The notes under the pieces were generated by a model. The model was given only the letters and a program-made list of their open reading frames with translations, was not told where the DNA came from and did no database searches. The position numbers and the translations under genes are program-made. From Oscillospiraceae bacterium (lineage in GTDB: Bacteria > Bacillota > Clostridia > Oscillospirales > Oscillospiraceae), in the NCBI GenBank assembly GCA_031281255.1, contig JAITFR010000214.1, positions 7,996 to 71,995 of the forward strand: DNA of 64,000 nt, written 5' to 3'. Shown in pieces: positions 9,496 to 19,256 of this stretch. How positions within the stretch are numbered: position 1 is the stretch's first letter; every line of letters begins with the position of its first letter.

Positions 9496-10323
9496 ATGAG
9501 AACATTTATAATAGCAGAAATAGGTATTAACCATAACGGAAATATGGAGATAGCAAAGGATCTTATAAAAGCAGCAAAAAATGCAGATTGTGATGCAGTT
9601 AAGTTTCAAAAAAGAACAATTGATGTAGTGTATACACAGGAGTTTTTGGATGGATATCGTGAAAGCCCATGGGGTAATACACAAAGAGCACAAAAAGAAG
9701 GCTTGGAGTTTAATCTTGAGCAATATAAAGAAATTGACAGTTACTGTAAGGAACTTGATATAGCTTGGTTTGCTTCCGCTTGGGATAATGAAGCACAAAA
9801 GTTTTTAAGACAATTTAACCTAAAGTATAATAAAATAGCTTCTGCAATGAATGCAAACTATGATTTTTTGCATGAGGTTGCCGGCGAAGGAAGATATACA
9901 TTTATTTCAACAGGTATGAGCACTTATGATGAAATAGATGCTGCTGTTAATATTTTCGCAGAACACAAGTGCGAGTATGAGCTGATGCATTGCAGTAGCT
10001 TATATCCAATGCCGAAAAAAGAAGCAAATCTAAAAATGATAGAAACACTCCGTAACAAGTATAATTGCAAGGTTGGATATAGCGGACACGAAACAGGTAG
10101 AATCGTATCTTTATCTGCCGCAGTTTTAGGAGCAACATCTATAGAGCGGCATATAACCTTAGACAGAGCAATGTACGGCTCTGATCAAGCTGCATCATTG
10201 GAAGTTGGAGACATAGCACGTCTGGTTACGGATATTCGCATATTGGAGTTAATTATAGGTGATGGTATAAGGAAAATGTCGGAAGAAGAATTAGCTATGC
10301 GTAAAAAGCTAAAAGGTGATTAA
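9496..10323 (+). CDS. NeuB-family ulosonic acid (phosphate) synthase lacking the C-terminal SAF domain
   Basis: FIIAEIGINHNGNMEIAKDLIKAAKNADCDAVKFQKR is the NeuB signature. The protein ends about 60-70 aa short of SAF-containing NeuB/PseI. The ATG at 9496 has a GAGG SD; the ORF track starts at a GTG at 9481. Confidence 0.85.
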   Translation: MRTFIIAEIGINHNGNMEIAKDLIKAAKNADCDAVKFQKRTIDVVYTQEFLDGYRESPWGNTQRAQKEGLEFNLEQYKEIDSYCKELDIAWFASAWDNEAQKFLRQFNLKYNKIASAMNANYDFLHEVAGEGRYTFISTGMSTYDEIDAAVNIFAEHKCEYELMHCSSLYPMPKKEANLKMIETLRNKYNCKVGYSGHETGRIVSLSAAVLGATSIERHITLDRAMYGSDQAASLEVGDIARLVTDIRILELIIGDGIRKMSEEELAMRKKLKGD

Positions 10324-10325
10324 TT

Positions 10326-10799
10326 TTGATAAAAATTGTATTATTTGATATTGATGGTGTTCTTACTGATGGTTCTCTGCTTGTCGATTATAATGGTAAC
10401 GAGCTTAAGCAAGTTAACTTAGTGGACATTGATGCTGTTCATGCAATAAAAAAACAAGGTTTTTTGATTGGTGCTATAACTGGAGAAAATACAGCACTTT
10501 GTAACTACTTTGAAAAACGTTTCCCGTGGGATTACTTCTATTTTGGCAGAAAAGATAAACTAGATGTAATTAAAGAAATAGAAACAATTACTGGAATATC
10601 ATCATGTGAAATATGTTACATTGGTGATGGTTTTTATGACATTGAACCATTATCATACGTAGGTTTATCTGTATGTCCTAATAACGCTATAAAAGAAGTG
10701 AAGGATATTGTTGATATTTGTCTTACAAGAAATGGAGGTAGCGGTTGTATTTGGGAGTTTCGGAACATATTGTTAGAACTTAAAGAAAAAGGTGAATAA
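10326..10799 (+). CDS. HAD-IIIA phosphatase of the KdsC/YrbI family (ulosonate-phosphate phosphatase)
   Basis: FDIDGVLTDG at the N-terminus, ITGE, KDK and GDG..D blocks, and GGSGC..E near the C-terminus. The TTG start has an AAGGTGA SD 8 nt upstream. Confidence 0.85.
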   Translation: MIKIVLFDIDGVLTDGSLLVDYNGNELKQVNLVDIDAVHAIKKQGFLIGAITGENTALCNYFEKRFPWDYFYFGRKDKLDVIKEIETITGISSCEICYIGDGFYDIEPLSYVGLSVCPNNAIKEVKDIVDICLTRNGGSGCIWEFRNILLELKEKGE

Positions 10800-11476
10800 T
10801 GAACGTAGCATTTATACCAGCCAGAGGGGGCAGCAAATCCATACCAATGAAAAACATAAAAATAATTGCAGGTAAGCCTCTAATTTACTGGGCAGTCAAA
10901 GCAGCGTGTGATTGTGAATATATAGATAAGGTTTTTGTTAGTACAGATTGTGAAAAAATTGCAGATACCGTCCGAGAGTTTAATCTACAGAAAGTTATAG
11001 TGATCGGGCGATCAGTAGAGTCCGCAACAGATACAGCTTCAACGGAGATTGTTATGTTAGAGTTTGCACGTGACTACATGTTCAAAATTATTTGTTTATT
11101 ACAATCAACAACTCCATTAGTTACAGCAGAAGATCTTGAGGAAGGTTTTAAAACATTTAATCAAGAAAATGTTGATAGTGTGATATCTGTGGTAAATCAA
11201 AAGCACTTTATTTGGGAAGAAAAAGAAGATGGTTTTTCAATACCAATCAATTTCGATTATAAACAAAGACCACGAAGACAAGATTATAATGGGTATTTAG
11301 TTGAAAACGGTGCTTTTTTTATAACTAGTCGTGATGCTTTGTTAAAAAATAAGTGCAGGATTTCTGGGAATATAAAAACTGTACTAATGTCACTAGAACG
11401 TTCTGCTGAAATTGACGAACCAGAAGATTGGATTTTAGCGGAGAGGTATTTAGAACAACGGCAACTGTCATTATAA
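10799..11476 (+). CDS. CMP-ulosonic acid synthetase (NeuA/acylneuraminate cytidylyltransferase family)
   Basis: AFIPARGGSKSIPMKNIK..AGKPLI is the CTP_transf_3 signature. The start overlaps the previous stop (TAATG). Confidence 0.85.
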   Translation: MNVAFIPARGGSKSIPMKNIKIIAGKPLIYWAVKAACDCEYIDKVFVSTDCEKIADTVREFNLQKVIVIGRSVESATDTASTEIVMLEFARDYMFKIICLLQSTTPLVTAEDLEEGFKTFNQENVDSVISVVNQKHFIWEEKEDGFSIPINFDYKQRPRRQDYNGYLVENGAFFITSRDALLKNKCRISGNIKTVLMSLERSAEIDEPEDWILAERYLEQRQLSL

Positions 11477-11511
11477 TTAAATAATATCATCATTTATTGG
11501 AGGATTTCTAC

Positions 11512-12339
11512 ATGGACTCAATGGAACTTTTTAAGCTAAACAAAAAAGTAGCTATTATTACAGGTGGAGCTGGTTTTTTAGGTGAAAAACACGCTGAGGC
11601 TATTTTAGATGCAGGTGGTAGTGTTGTTATTCTTGATATAAACACGGTGCGTATGGATGCTGTTAATGATAATTTAACAAATCGTTATGATAGTAAAAAA
11701 ATACTTAACATTAAATGTGATATAACATGTAAAGAAGAAGTTGAAATCTCTTTAAAAACTATACTTAATCATTTTAAACGAGTTGATATTCTCATAAATA
11801 ATGCAGCTAATGATCCTAAAGTTGATGAGAATTTCCCTAATTGGAGTCGTTTAGAATCATTTTCTATGGAAAACTGGAATAAAGATATTACAGTTGGAAT
11901 AACAGGAGCATTTATTTGTTCACAAGTATTTGGTACATATATGGCAAAACAAAAAAATGGTACAATAATAAATGTTTCATCAGATTTAGGTATCATATCA
12001 CCGGATCAACGTTTATATCATGTTGAAGGTGTAAAAAAAGAAAATCAATCAGTAAAACCTATAACATATTCTGTTGTTAAGCATGCTTTGCTCGGTATGA
12101 CAAAATACCTTGCAACATATTGGGCTGATGATAATGTTCGTGTAAATGCATTTTGTCCTGCCGGAGTATACAATAATCATAATGAAGAGTTTGTAAAAAG
12201 AATCTCAAGTCTAATTCCATTAGGACGTATGGCAACTGAGGATGAATACAAAGGTATAATCATATTTCTATCTTCTAATGCTAGTTCTTTTATGACAGGT
12301 TCAACCGTTGTTATTGACGGTGGACGTACATGTTGGTGA
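11512..12339 (+). CDS. Classical short-chain dehydrogenase/reductase (SDR)
   Basis: TGGAGFLG cofactor motif, NNAA, and the catalytic YSVVKHAL (YxxxK). The ATG at 11512 follows GGAGGA by 7 nt. Confidence 0.85.
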   Translation: MDSMELFKLNKKVAIITGGAGFLGEKHAEAILDAGGSVVILDINTVRMDAVNDNLTNRYDSKKILNIKCDITCKEEVEISLKTILNHFKRVDILINNAANDPKVDENFPNWSRLESFSMENWNKDITVGITGAFICSQVFGTYMAKQKNGTIINVSSDLGIISPDQRLYHVEGVKKENQSVKPITYSVVKHALLGMTKYLATYWADDNVRVNAFCPAGVYNNHNEEFVKRISSLIPLGRMATEDEYKGIIIFLSSNASSFMTGSTVVIDGGRTCW

Positions 12340-12355
12340 GTAGTGGGGTTTAACA

Positions 12356-13168
12356 ATGAAATTTGGCATAATGCAAGGGCGTCTATTACCTAGACCATAT
12401 CTAAAGTTAAAAGCATTTCCACATACTTTGTGGAGAGATGAGTTCTATCTTGCAGCAAATTTAGGAATGTCTTGTATTGAGTGGGTATTTGAAGCTGATA
12501 GGTATGAGGATAATCCAATATGGGATAACGATGGACGCAAAGAAATTTGTGATTTAGTTAATAAAACTGGTGTTCAAGTTCCATCATTATGTGCAGATTA
12601 TTTCTTAACAAATCCACTACACAGAGATGCTAATGGAACAAGTTTAAAAGTTTTTAAAAAGCTAGTTCAAAAGGCTTCACAAATTGGCATTTCATTAATT
12701 TTAATACCTGTATTAGAGGAAGCAGAATTAAAATCAATAGAAGAAAAAAAGCTTCTTATAGCTGCAATAAACTCATGTGATGATTTACTAAAAAAACATA
12801 AAATAAAAATTGGTCTGGAAACTGAATTGTCCGCTCAAGAGTATTCAGAATTAGTTAAAGCTTTTAATAACAAATCGATTGGTGCTTATTATGATTCTGG
12901 CAATTTAGCATGTAAAGGTTATAATATGAAACAAGATATTGAAGTGTTGTTTCCAATTTTATTTGGTGTTCATATTAAAGATAGACCCTTTAGTGGAACA
13001 AGTGTTTATATTGGTTCTGGTGATGCAAATTTTAAAGAAGGTATACCATTATTATGTAAAAAAGGATATAATAAACCTTTAATTTTTGAGTCATTTTATG
13101 AAAATGATCCAATTGGCACTATGAAACAGAATATTATAGAGATTAAAAACTGTATAGACACTAAGTAA
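12356..13168 (+). CDS. Xylose-isomerase-like TIM-barrel protein (sugar phosphate isomerase/epimerase family)
   Basis: The size and block pattern (IEW..E, GLETE, GVHIKD) are consistent with the AP_endonuc_2 TIM-barrel family. This is a motif-level call only. Confidence 0.65.
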   Translation: MKFGIMQGRLLPRPYLKLKAFPHTLWRDEFYLAANLGMSCIEWVFEADRYEDNPIWDNDGRKEICDLVNKTGVQVPSLCADYFLTNPLHRDANGTSLKVFKKLVQKASQIGISLILIPVLEEAELKSIEEKKLLIAAINSCDDLLKKHKIKIGLETELSAQEYSELVKAFNNKSIGAYYDSGNLACKGYNMKQDIEVLFPILFGVHIKDRPFSGTSVYIGSGDANFKEGIPLLCKKGYNKPLIFESFYENDPIGTMKQNIIEIKNCIDTK

Positions 13169-13170
13169 TT

Positions 13171-14253
13171 ATGATTTTTTTAAATATTATGTATGATTTA
13201 AGAAAAGGATTAAATAGATTGATGGAAAAATTATACGGAGGAAAAATGATTTTAAAGTATGGAAAGAAAATTGATTTTCGAAAACAAGGACGAGATATAA
13301 GGTGGATTGAAGTCACAGCTTTAGAAAATACAGAAATATCAAAAAAAGCTTCAAAAAAAGCATCAATACATGTAAATTCCTGTCCAATATGTAAATCAAC
13401 TAATATAACACCACTAAAAGAAATCAATTATTTTTTTTGGAATAGGTGTGAAAATTGCGGACATTTTTTTGTTAGTAATGTACCTAGTGAGGTTTCCGAT
13501 ATCTATGAAGAAGGTAATCAAGCACAAAAAACTGTTTATATCTCTGAGGAATTATTTGTAAAAAGAAAAGAACTAATAAGCAAACCAAAAGCAGAGTTTA
13601 TAAACTCTGTTATTAAGCAATTAAATGATAGAAATAATGGTTTGTGGGTTGAAATCGGTTGCGGTGTTGGTGAGTTACTAAGCGAGGTTTCTTTATTAGG
13701 TTGGGAAACTATCGGATTTGAAGCAGACCCTAATGAAGTTGAGTTTGCACGAAAGCATGGTATTAATGTTGTGCAAATATATGTAAGAGATAGTTTTGAT
13801 AAAGAAGTTTCAGATTCATTAAAAAAAGCTGACGTTATCTCAATAATCAATGTTCTTGAGCATATTGTTGACCCTTTAAAGTGGATAACAAACATAATAT
13901 CATTTATGAAAAAAGGTTCTTATTTAGTAATTGAAGTTCCGCGCGAGACATCAATAACTGCATTTTGCAATCTTGCCGGACTCCCATACAAACACCTGGT
14001 TACAGCAGGACATTACCATATATTTTCGGAGAAATCCATGCAAATAATCCAAAACCATTGTAAACTTGAAAATATTGCAAAATGGTGCTTTGGCAATGGA
14101 TTTGTTGATCTTTTAAACACTATTTTATGGCTTAGCAATGCACAGGTAGATGCACATTTACTTGATAATATCTTAGATAAAGCAAATGATATTCAACAAA
14201 AAATTGATGAGTGTGGATTATCTGAAGCTATGTTGTTGGTCTATAGAGTATGA
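13171..14253 (+). CDS. Class I SAM-dependent methyltransferase with an N-terminal Cys4 zinc ribbon
   Basis: CPICKS...CENCGH zinc ribbon, then VEIGCGVGELL (motif I) and ISIINVLEHIVDP. The start is ambiguous (ATG at 13171, 13222 or 13246). Confidence 0.75.
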   Translation: MIFLNIMYDLRKGLNRLMEKLYGGKMILKYGKKIDFRKQGRDIRWIEVTALENTEISKKASKKASIHVNSCPICKSTNITPLKEINYFFWNRCENCGHFFVSNVPSEVSDIYEEGNQAQKTVYISEELFVKRKELISKPKAEFINSVIKQLNDRNNGLWVEIGCGVGELLSEVSLLGWETIGFEADPNEVEFARKHGINVVQIYVRDSFDKEVSDSLKKADVISIINVLEHIVDPLKWITNIISFMKKGSYLVIEVPRETSITAFCNLAGLPYKHLVTAGHYHIFSEKSMQIIQNHCKLENIAKWCFGNGFVDLLNTILWLSNAQVDAHLLDNILDKANDIQQKIDECGLSEAMLLVYRV

Positions 14254-14263
14254 GCGAATTATA

Positions 14264-16066
14264 ATGAAATCAATGAACAAACTAGTAAAGAATATACTTA
14301 ATATTAAAAATGCTATTGTTAACATATTTGTTTTCTTAATAGCTGTAATAGCAATAACACCATTAATCTATTATGGGAAAGATTCCATTATACAAGTTTT
14401 TGATAATCTAGATAGTGTTGTTCCATGGATAAAAATGCAAAAAGATACTGGGTTATTATTCGCAATAAACTCTCCTACTAATGTCATGGGCAATATGTCT
14501 ACAGCATATTTTATGCATCATTCTTTTAATTTGCTTTATATTTTATATGCAATATTTGATGTTTTTACAGCACATATACTTGGGTTTTCTATAAAAGTAT
14601 TAGCTGGCTTCATATCAATGTATCTTTTATTAAGATATTTATTTCCAGATAATAAGAATAATACGATATTTAAACTTGTTTCAATAGCTTTTGCACTACT
14701 TCCTTCACTACCAATATGGTGGTTATCTATAGACACTGTGCCCTTACTGTGTTTGGCTTTTCTGTACTTTATGAAAATTAATGATAAGTTTGATAAACGT
14801 ATTTTATTATTACTATTCTTCCCATTTTTATCAAACTTTGGACATATTGGTATTTTTTTATTAGCATTTTGGGTATTATGCACTATTATAGTATGTATAA
14901 TAAACAAAAAGCTTAACATAAATCTTATTATTGGCTTCTTTTGTTTATTAATTGGTTTTATTATAATTGATTTACGGCTATTTTATTCAGTTTTATTTCT
15001 TAATGAACCAACCAATAGATTATTATACTATAATAGTATGTCATTATTTGATGCATTTACCAGTATACCATCTATGTGGTTTGATGATTTTCTTGCTGTT
15101 TCATACCATGCACCGCACATAGCTCAATACGTTATTATACCTTTTATTTTTATAACACTAACAGTAATTTCATTATATTTTCTATACAGAGTTTCTAGAA
15201 ATGAAACACAGATTTTTTCTTCTGAACAGAAGATTTTAGCATTATATTCTACAAAAATAATCATGCTTCTTTCTATATCTGTTGTGTTCGCAGCTATTGG
15301 AACATTGTATTATATACAAATTATTAGCAATATCATCCACAGTATATTACCTTTTCTTATTGGGTTTAATTGGGGACGTATAGTATTTCTAAATCGTATA
15401 GTATTATATGTGTGTTTTGCATTTACATTAATTATTTTACCATTTGTATTCAAAAAAAGATTATTTCGTTTGCTAATATATTTCATAGCTGTGTTACAAA
15501 TAGTCGTTGTTTTGTTATACCCAACAATATATAACTATTCACGAGTAAACATTAGTCACTTTTATTTGGTTAAAAGAGACCATCATATAACATACAATGA
15601 GTTTTTTGCTGTAGAATTGTTCTCATTAATCAAAAAAGATTTACAATATGATGGTGAAGGTGTTGCAGCACTTGGGTACCATCCCAGTATACTCATGTAT
15701 AATGGTTTTTCGACAGTTGATGGTTACTTATCGGTATACCCTCTTTCACGAATGATAGCATTTCGTGAGATTATAGAACCTCAACTGGAACGCAATCACG
15801 AACACCGGGATTATTATGACGCATGGGGTGGACGTATGTATCTGTATAATGATGATTTGTCTTTCCAACCAACGCGTACAAACGTTGAATATCCGGTTAA
15901 TTTATATATAAACACCGAGGCATTTCGTAACCTCGGTGGTGTATATATACTCTCAAGAGCAGAAATAGCAAACTCTGATGAACTAGATTTAACCTTTATA
16001 AACTCTTATACCATAGAAGACTCTATATATGAGATATATGTGTATTTAGCATCAGTTCTAAATTAA
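14264..16066 (+). CDS. Large polytopic membrane protein with a C-terminal extracytoplasmic domain (possible GT-C-like polymerase or transferase; family not recognised with certainty)
   Basis: About 12 or more hydrophobic helices followed by a roughly 150-aa soluble tail. I prefer the ATG at 14264, just after the upstream TGA stop, over the overlapping ATG at 14186. Confidence 0.65.
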   Translation: MKSMNKLVKNILNIKNAIVNIFVFLIAVIAITPLIYYGKDSIIQVFDNLDSVVPWIKMQKDTGLLFAINSPTNVMGNMSTAYFMHHSFNLLYILYAIFDVFTAHILGFSIKVLAGFISMYLLLRYLFPDNKNNTIFKLVSIAFALLPSLPIWWLSIDTVPLLCLAFLYFMKINDKFDKRILLLLFFPFLSNFGHIGIFLLAFWVLCTIIVCIINKKLNINLIIGFFCLLIGFIIIDLRLFYSVLFLNEPTNRLLYYNSMSLFDAFTSIPSMWFDDFLAVSYHAPHIAQYVIIPFIFITLTVISLYFLYRVSRNETQIFSSEQKILALYSTKIIMLLSISVVFAAIGTLYYIQIISNIIHSILPFLIGFNWGRIVFLNRIVLYVCFAFTLIILPFVFKKRLFRLLIYFIAVLQIVVVLLYPTIYNYSRVNISHFYLVKRDHHITYNEFFAVELFSLIKKDLQYDGEGVAALGYHPSILMYNGFSTVDGYLSVYPLSRMIAFREIIEPQLERNHEHRDYYDAWGGRMYLYNDDLSFQPTRTNVEYPVNLYINTEAFRNLGGVYILSRAEIANSDELDLTFINSYTIEDSIYEIYVYLASVLN

Positions 16067-16150
16067 TATTACATCAACATAAAACTATCAGTTTTCTTTA
16101 TATCGAAAACATATCTGAAAACATATCTTTGCTCTGCTTATAAAACAAAA

Positions 16151-16180
16151 TTGGTAATTTTTTGATTTATAATGTATAAT
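16151..16180 (+). promoter_or_regulatory. Candidate sigma-A promoter (TTGGTA - 18 nt - TATAAT)
   Basis: Hexamers read directly from the sequence in the 138-nt gap upstream of the 16205 CDS. Confidence 0.3.
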
Positions 16181-16204
16181 ATATAGTAGTTAAAGGATTA
16201 TTAT

Positions 16205-18016
16205 ATGAAAAAAAATACAAATGTAACCCAAAATAACAATACCACATTCTTAGCTCTCACTGCTGATACTGAATTTTGGGACTTAGAGGCAGATAAGGTC
16301 ATTTTTCTTGGAGATTGGTGTAAAACGTATGATAATAAACATATTATCGATAAGTTAAACCATGAAACAATGCCTTCTCCATGGAAAAATGCTGATGAGT
16401 ATACTAGTGCTCGCAGGTATGTTAATGATACATATACAAAACTACTTCCATGTTTAGCTACCTTCATGAATGAACTACATTCCATGAATGAAGCAAACAA
16501 GTATTGGGAAATTATACTCAGTGCTTGGTTACGCTCATATATAGCACTTATGTATCATCGTTATTGTTATATAAAGAAAATGATTGCATTGGATGTTGAT
16601 TTTTTCACTTCGCTTCCTGAAAGCAATATTTATAATCCTCATTATAACACTGACAAATTTATATTTAATGCAGTTTCTGATGACACATTCAATATGACAA
16701 TATTTAGTTTGTTTTTATCTAAAATAAATCATAATATTCCTATCATAAGAAAACAAAATAAGAGATTTAGTAATAGTTGTACAAAAACAACAGGTAATGA
16801 AGTAAAATCTCTAACTAAAAAAATAAAATACATGTTTTTTGATGCGTATGTAAGCTTTATGAACAAAATTAGCAGTAAGGACATAATGTTATATCTAACA
16901 TATTTTCCTCCTAAAACTATTTTCTACATTCTTAGGAATGGAAAGAGGAAGATAGTTTGCTATAGAAAGAATAAAGAACTTAAATCAATTAATTCAAGGG
17001 TATTATTAAGAAATAACTTAACTATACAGTTTAATCACAACAATGAGTTTGAAGTTATTATAAAAGATATAATTTCAAAACATATTCCAACAATTTTTAT
17101 AGAAGGTTTTTCAGAACTTACTAAGTTCTCTGAAAAAAGTTTTAAAAATAGCTATAAATACATAGTTTCCTCAGTAGGATGGTATAATTCAGATGCTTTT
17201 AGAGTTTTCGCTGCAAACTCTAAGAGTAAAGGAAGTAAATTGATAAGTGTACAACATGGCGGTTACATGCTCGCTGAATCTTATTGGCTTTCCTTTGAAC
17301 TAAGTTTAGTCGATATTTTTTACTCATGGGGATGGAAAATCGATTATAATGATGTAGTAATTAAGAACGGTTCATTATCAAAACTTGGAAGAGATTATCA
17401 ACTCACAAACAACCGTAAAAAAATATTATTTATAAATACGTTTACGTATCGATATAATACTCTTTTTCGTAATTTCAGCTTGCATTTAGAATTATACTAC
17501 AAGGATCAGATAATTTTCATTCAAAGCCTAAACTCTAGTGCTTTTAATGATCTTGTTGTTAGACCTTATAGAAATGCAAATAATGCTATTGAGCGATACA
17601 TAGATGCTATCCCAAATGTTAAGCTTGAAAGTTGGGATGTAATACTATATGATAGTTTATCAGAGACGAGATTATTAGTTGTTGATCATTTGGCGAGTAC
17701 AACAGCATGCGAGGCTATAGCTCAAAATATACCAACCATTTTTTTCTGGCGTCCAATATTCGATGATTTTACTGAAATATCAAAACCTATATATGAAGAA
17801 TTGAAAAAAGTTGGCGTGTTTCATGACTCCCCAGAATCTGCAGCTACCTATATTAACGAAATTTATAACAGTATCGAAGATTGGTGGATGGAATCGGAAC
17901 GACAAAAAGCCATTGACACTTTTCGAAATACATTTGCATATTTGCGTGAGGATCAAGATAAGTGGTGGCTCAATGAGTTTTTAAATCTTTCTATAGAAAC
18001 TATGAGGAATAGTTAA
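16205..18016 (+). CDS. Large soluble hypothetical protein; the C-terminal half resembles a GT-B/TagF-like or capsule-type transferase
   Basis: 603-aa ORF with no TM segments. The C-terminal pattern is KKILFINTFTYR ... LVVRPY ... LLVVDHLASTTACEAIAQNIPTIFFW, which resembles the acceptor/donor domain layout of TagF/GT52-type enzymes. I recall a similar family (named after Leptospira LIC12162) next to nonulosonic acid genes, but I cannot verify that here. Confidence 0.5.
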   Translation: MKKNTNVTQNNNTTFLALTADTEFWDLEADKVIFLGDWCKTYDNKHIIDKLNHETMPSPWKNADEYTSARRYVNDTYTKLLPCLATFMNELHSMNEANKYWEIILSAWLRSYIALMYHRYCYIKKMIALDVDFFTSLPESNIYNPHYNTDKFIFNAVSDDTFNMTIFSLFLSKINHNIPIIRKQNKRFSNSCTKTTGNEVKSLTKKIKYMFFDAYVSFMNKISSKDIMLYLTYFPPKTIFYILRNGKRKIVCYRKNKELKSINSRVLLRNNLTIQFNHNNEFEVIIKDIISKHIPTIFIEGFSELTKFSEKSFKNSYKYIVSSVGWYNSDAFRVFAANSKSKGSKLISVQHGGYMLAESYWLSFELSLVDIFYSWGWKIDYNDVVIKNGSLSKLGRDYQLTNNRKKILFINTFTYRYNTLFRNFSLHLELYYKDQIIFIQSLNSSAFNDLVVRPYRNANNAIERYIDAIPNVKLESWDVILYDSLSETRLLVVDHLASTTACEAIAQNIPTIFFWRPIFDDFTEISKPIYEELKKVGVFHDSPESAATYINEIYNSIEDWWMESERQKAIDTFRNTFAYLREDQDKWWLNEFLNLSIETMRNS

Positions 18017-19083
18017 TGTTAAAACAACTGAAGAAAAGATTGTCTGGAGAAAAATACACTGAAGCTGTAGATATAATGAATAGAGTATATAGATGCAAAT
18101 ATGTACTAAAGATCATGAAAGAATCACTATCTATAGAAAACCCTAATGCTTTCTGGATTAATTGGTTTAGTAATGTAATAAGTGTTTACAATAATGATTA
18201 TATTAGAGCATTACGAATAAATAGCATAATTCCAAAACCTTTATTACCAAAGCAAATACGATCAATACTAGATAATACATACATGACAGCATGTAATTAT
18301 GCAATAAATAGCACTTGTACAAATAACAAAATCAAACTTAAAAAAGTAACACTATCACAACCAGAAACTGAACTAGATACTTTCACATTCATAAATAATA
18401 TCCTTGAAATATTCACAACATATCTATTAAATGATGTTGATAAAAATATTTTGTATGATTTTTTTGATTCTGTTCCGTTTCATCAATATTTTTCCGGTCC
18501 TTACGAGTATGAGAAAGTAAAGTTAAGCAGTAATGATATTGTAATTGATGCAGGTGCAAACGAGGGATTATTCTCTGCATTATGTAGTGCAAAAGGCTGT
18601 TCAGCTTATGCTTTTGAACCAATACCTCAAACTATTACGCACTTAAATGCTACGGCTAAATTAAATCCGAATATTACAATATGTAATTATGCATTATCTG
18701 ATTTTTGCGGTGATATAAATTTTAATTACGATTCCATTTTACCGGTCGCAGCAACATATGTTGAAAACAGTTTAGGTATTAATAAAAATAATAGTGAACT
18801 AATAAAGTGTAAAACTATAACTCTTGATAGTTTTGTAGATCAATGTAATCTCCCAAAAATTGACTTCATTAAAGCTGACATTGAAGGTGCTGAGCGTGAT
18901 ATGCTAAGAGGTGCAAAGAATGTTTTAAAGGATTTTGCACCAAAATTATCAATATGTACATATCACCTCCCAGATGACCCTCAAGTATTAAGAGAGTTAA
19001 TACTTGAGGCAAACCCAAACTATATCATTGAAGAACGATGGCATAAAATGTACGCTAATGTACCTAATAACAAGGAGATGTAA
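18016..19083 (+). CDS. FkbM-family methyltransferase
   Basis: VIDAGANEGLFS and IDFIKADIEGAERDMLRGA are hallmark FkbM (TIGR01444-type) blocks. The start overlaps the previous stop (TAATG). Confidence 0.85.
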   Translation: MLKQLKKRLSGEKYTEAVDIMNRVYRCKYVLKIMKESLSIENPNAFWINWFSNVISVYNNDYIRALRINSIIPKPLLPKQIRSILDNTYMTACNYAINSTCTNNKIKLKKVTLSQPETELDTFTFINNILEIFTTYLLNDVDKNILYDFFDSVPFHQYFSGPYEYEKVKLSSNDIVIDAGANEGLFSALCSAKGCSAYAFEPIPQTITHLNATAKLNPNITICNYALSDFCGDINFNYDSILPVAATYVENSLGINKNNSELIKCKTITLDSFVDQCNLPKIDFIKADIEGAERDMLRGAKNVLKDFAPKLSICTYHLPDDPQVLRELILEANPNYIIEERWHKMYANVPNNKEM

Positions 19084-19256
19084 AAAACTTATGGGTATAA
19101 ACTATGATATTGCATGTTTTCTTGCATCTGTATCTCACTTTTCAAAAAACAGTACTATTGAAAGAACGTATGGTGAAATCAAATGGGAAATTAAACGCAA
19201 AGTAATTTACAAAAACAATTCTGTAAAGTATTTAAAAAGGTCAATCTATAAGTATA

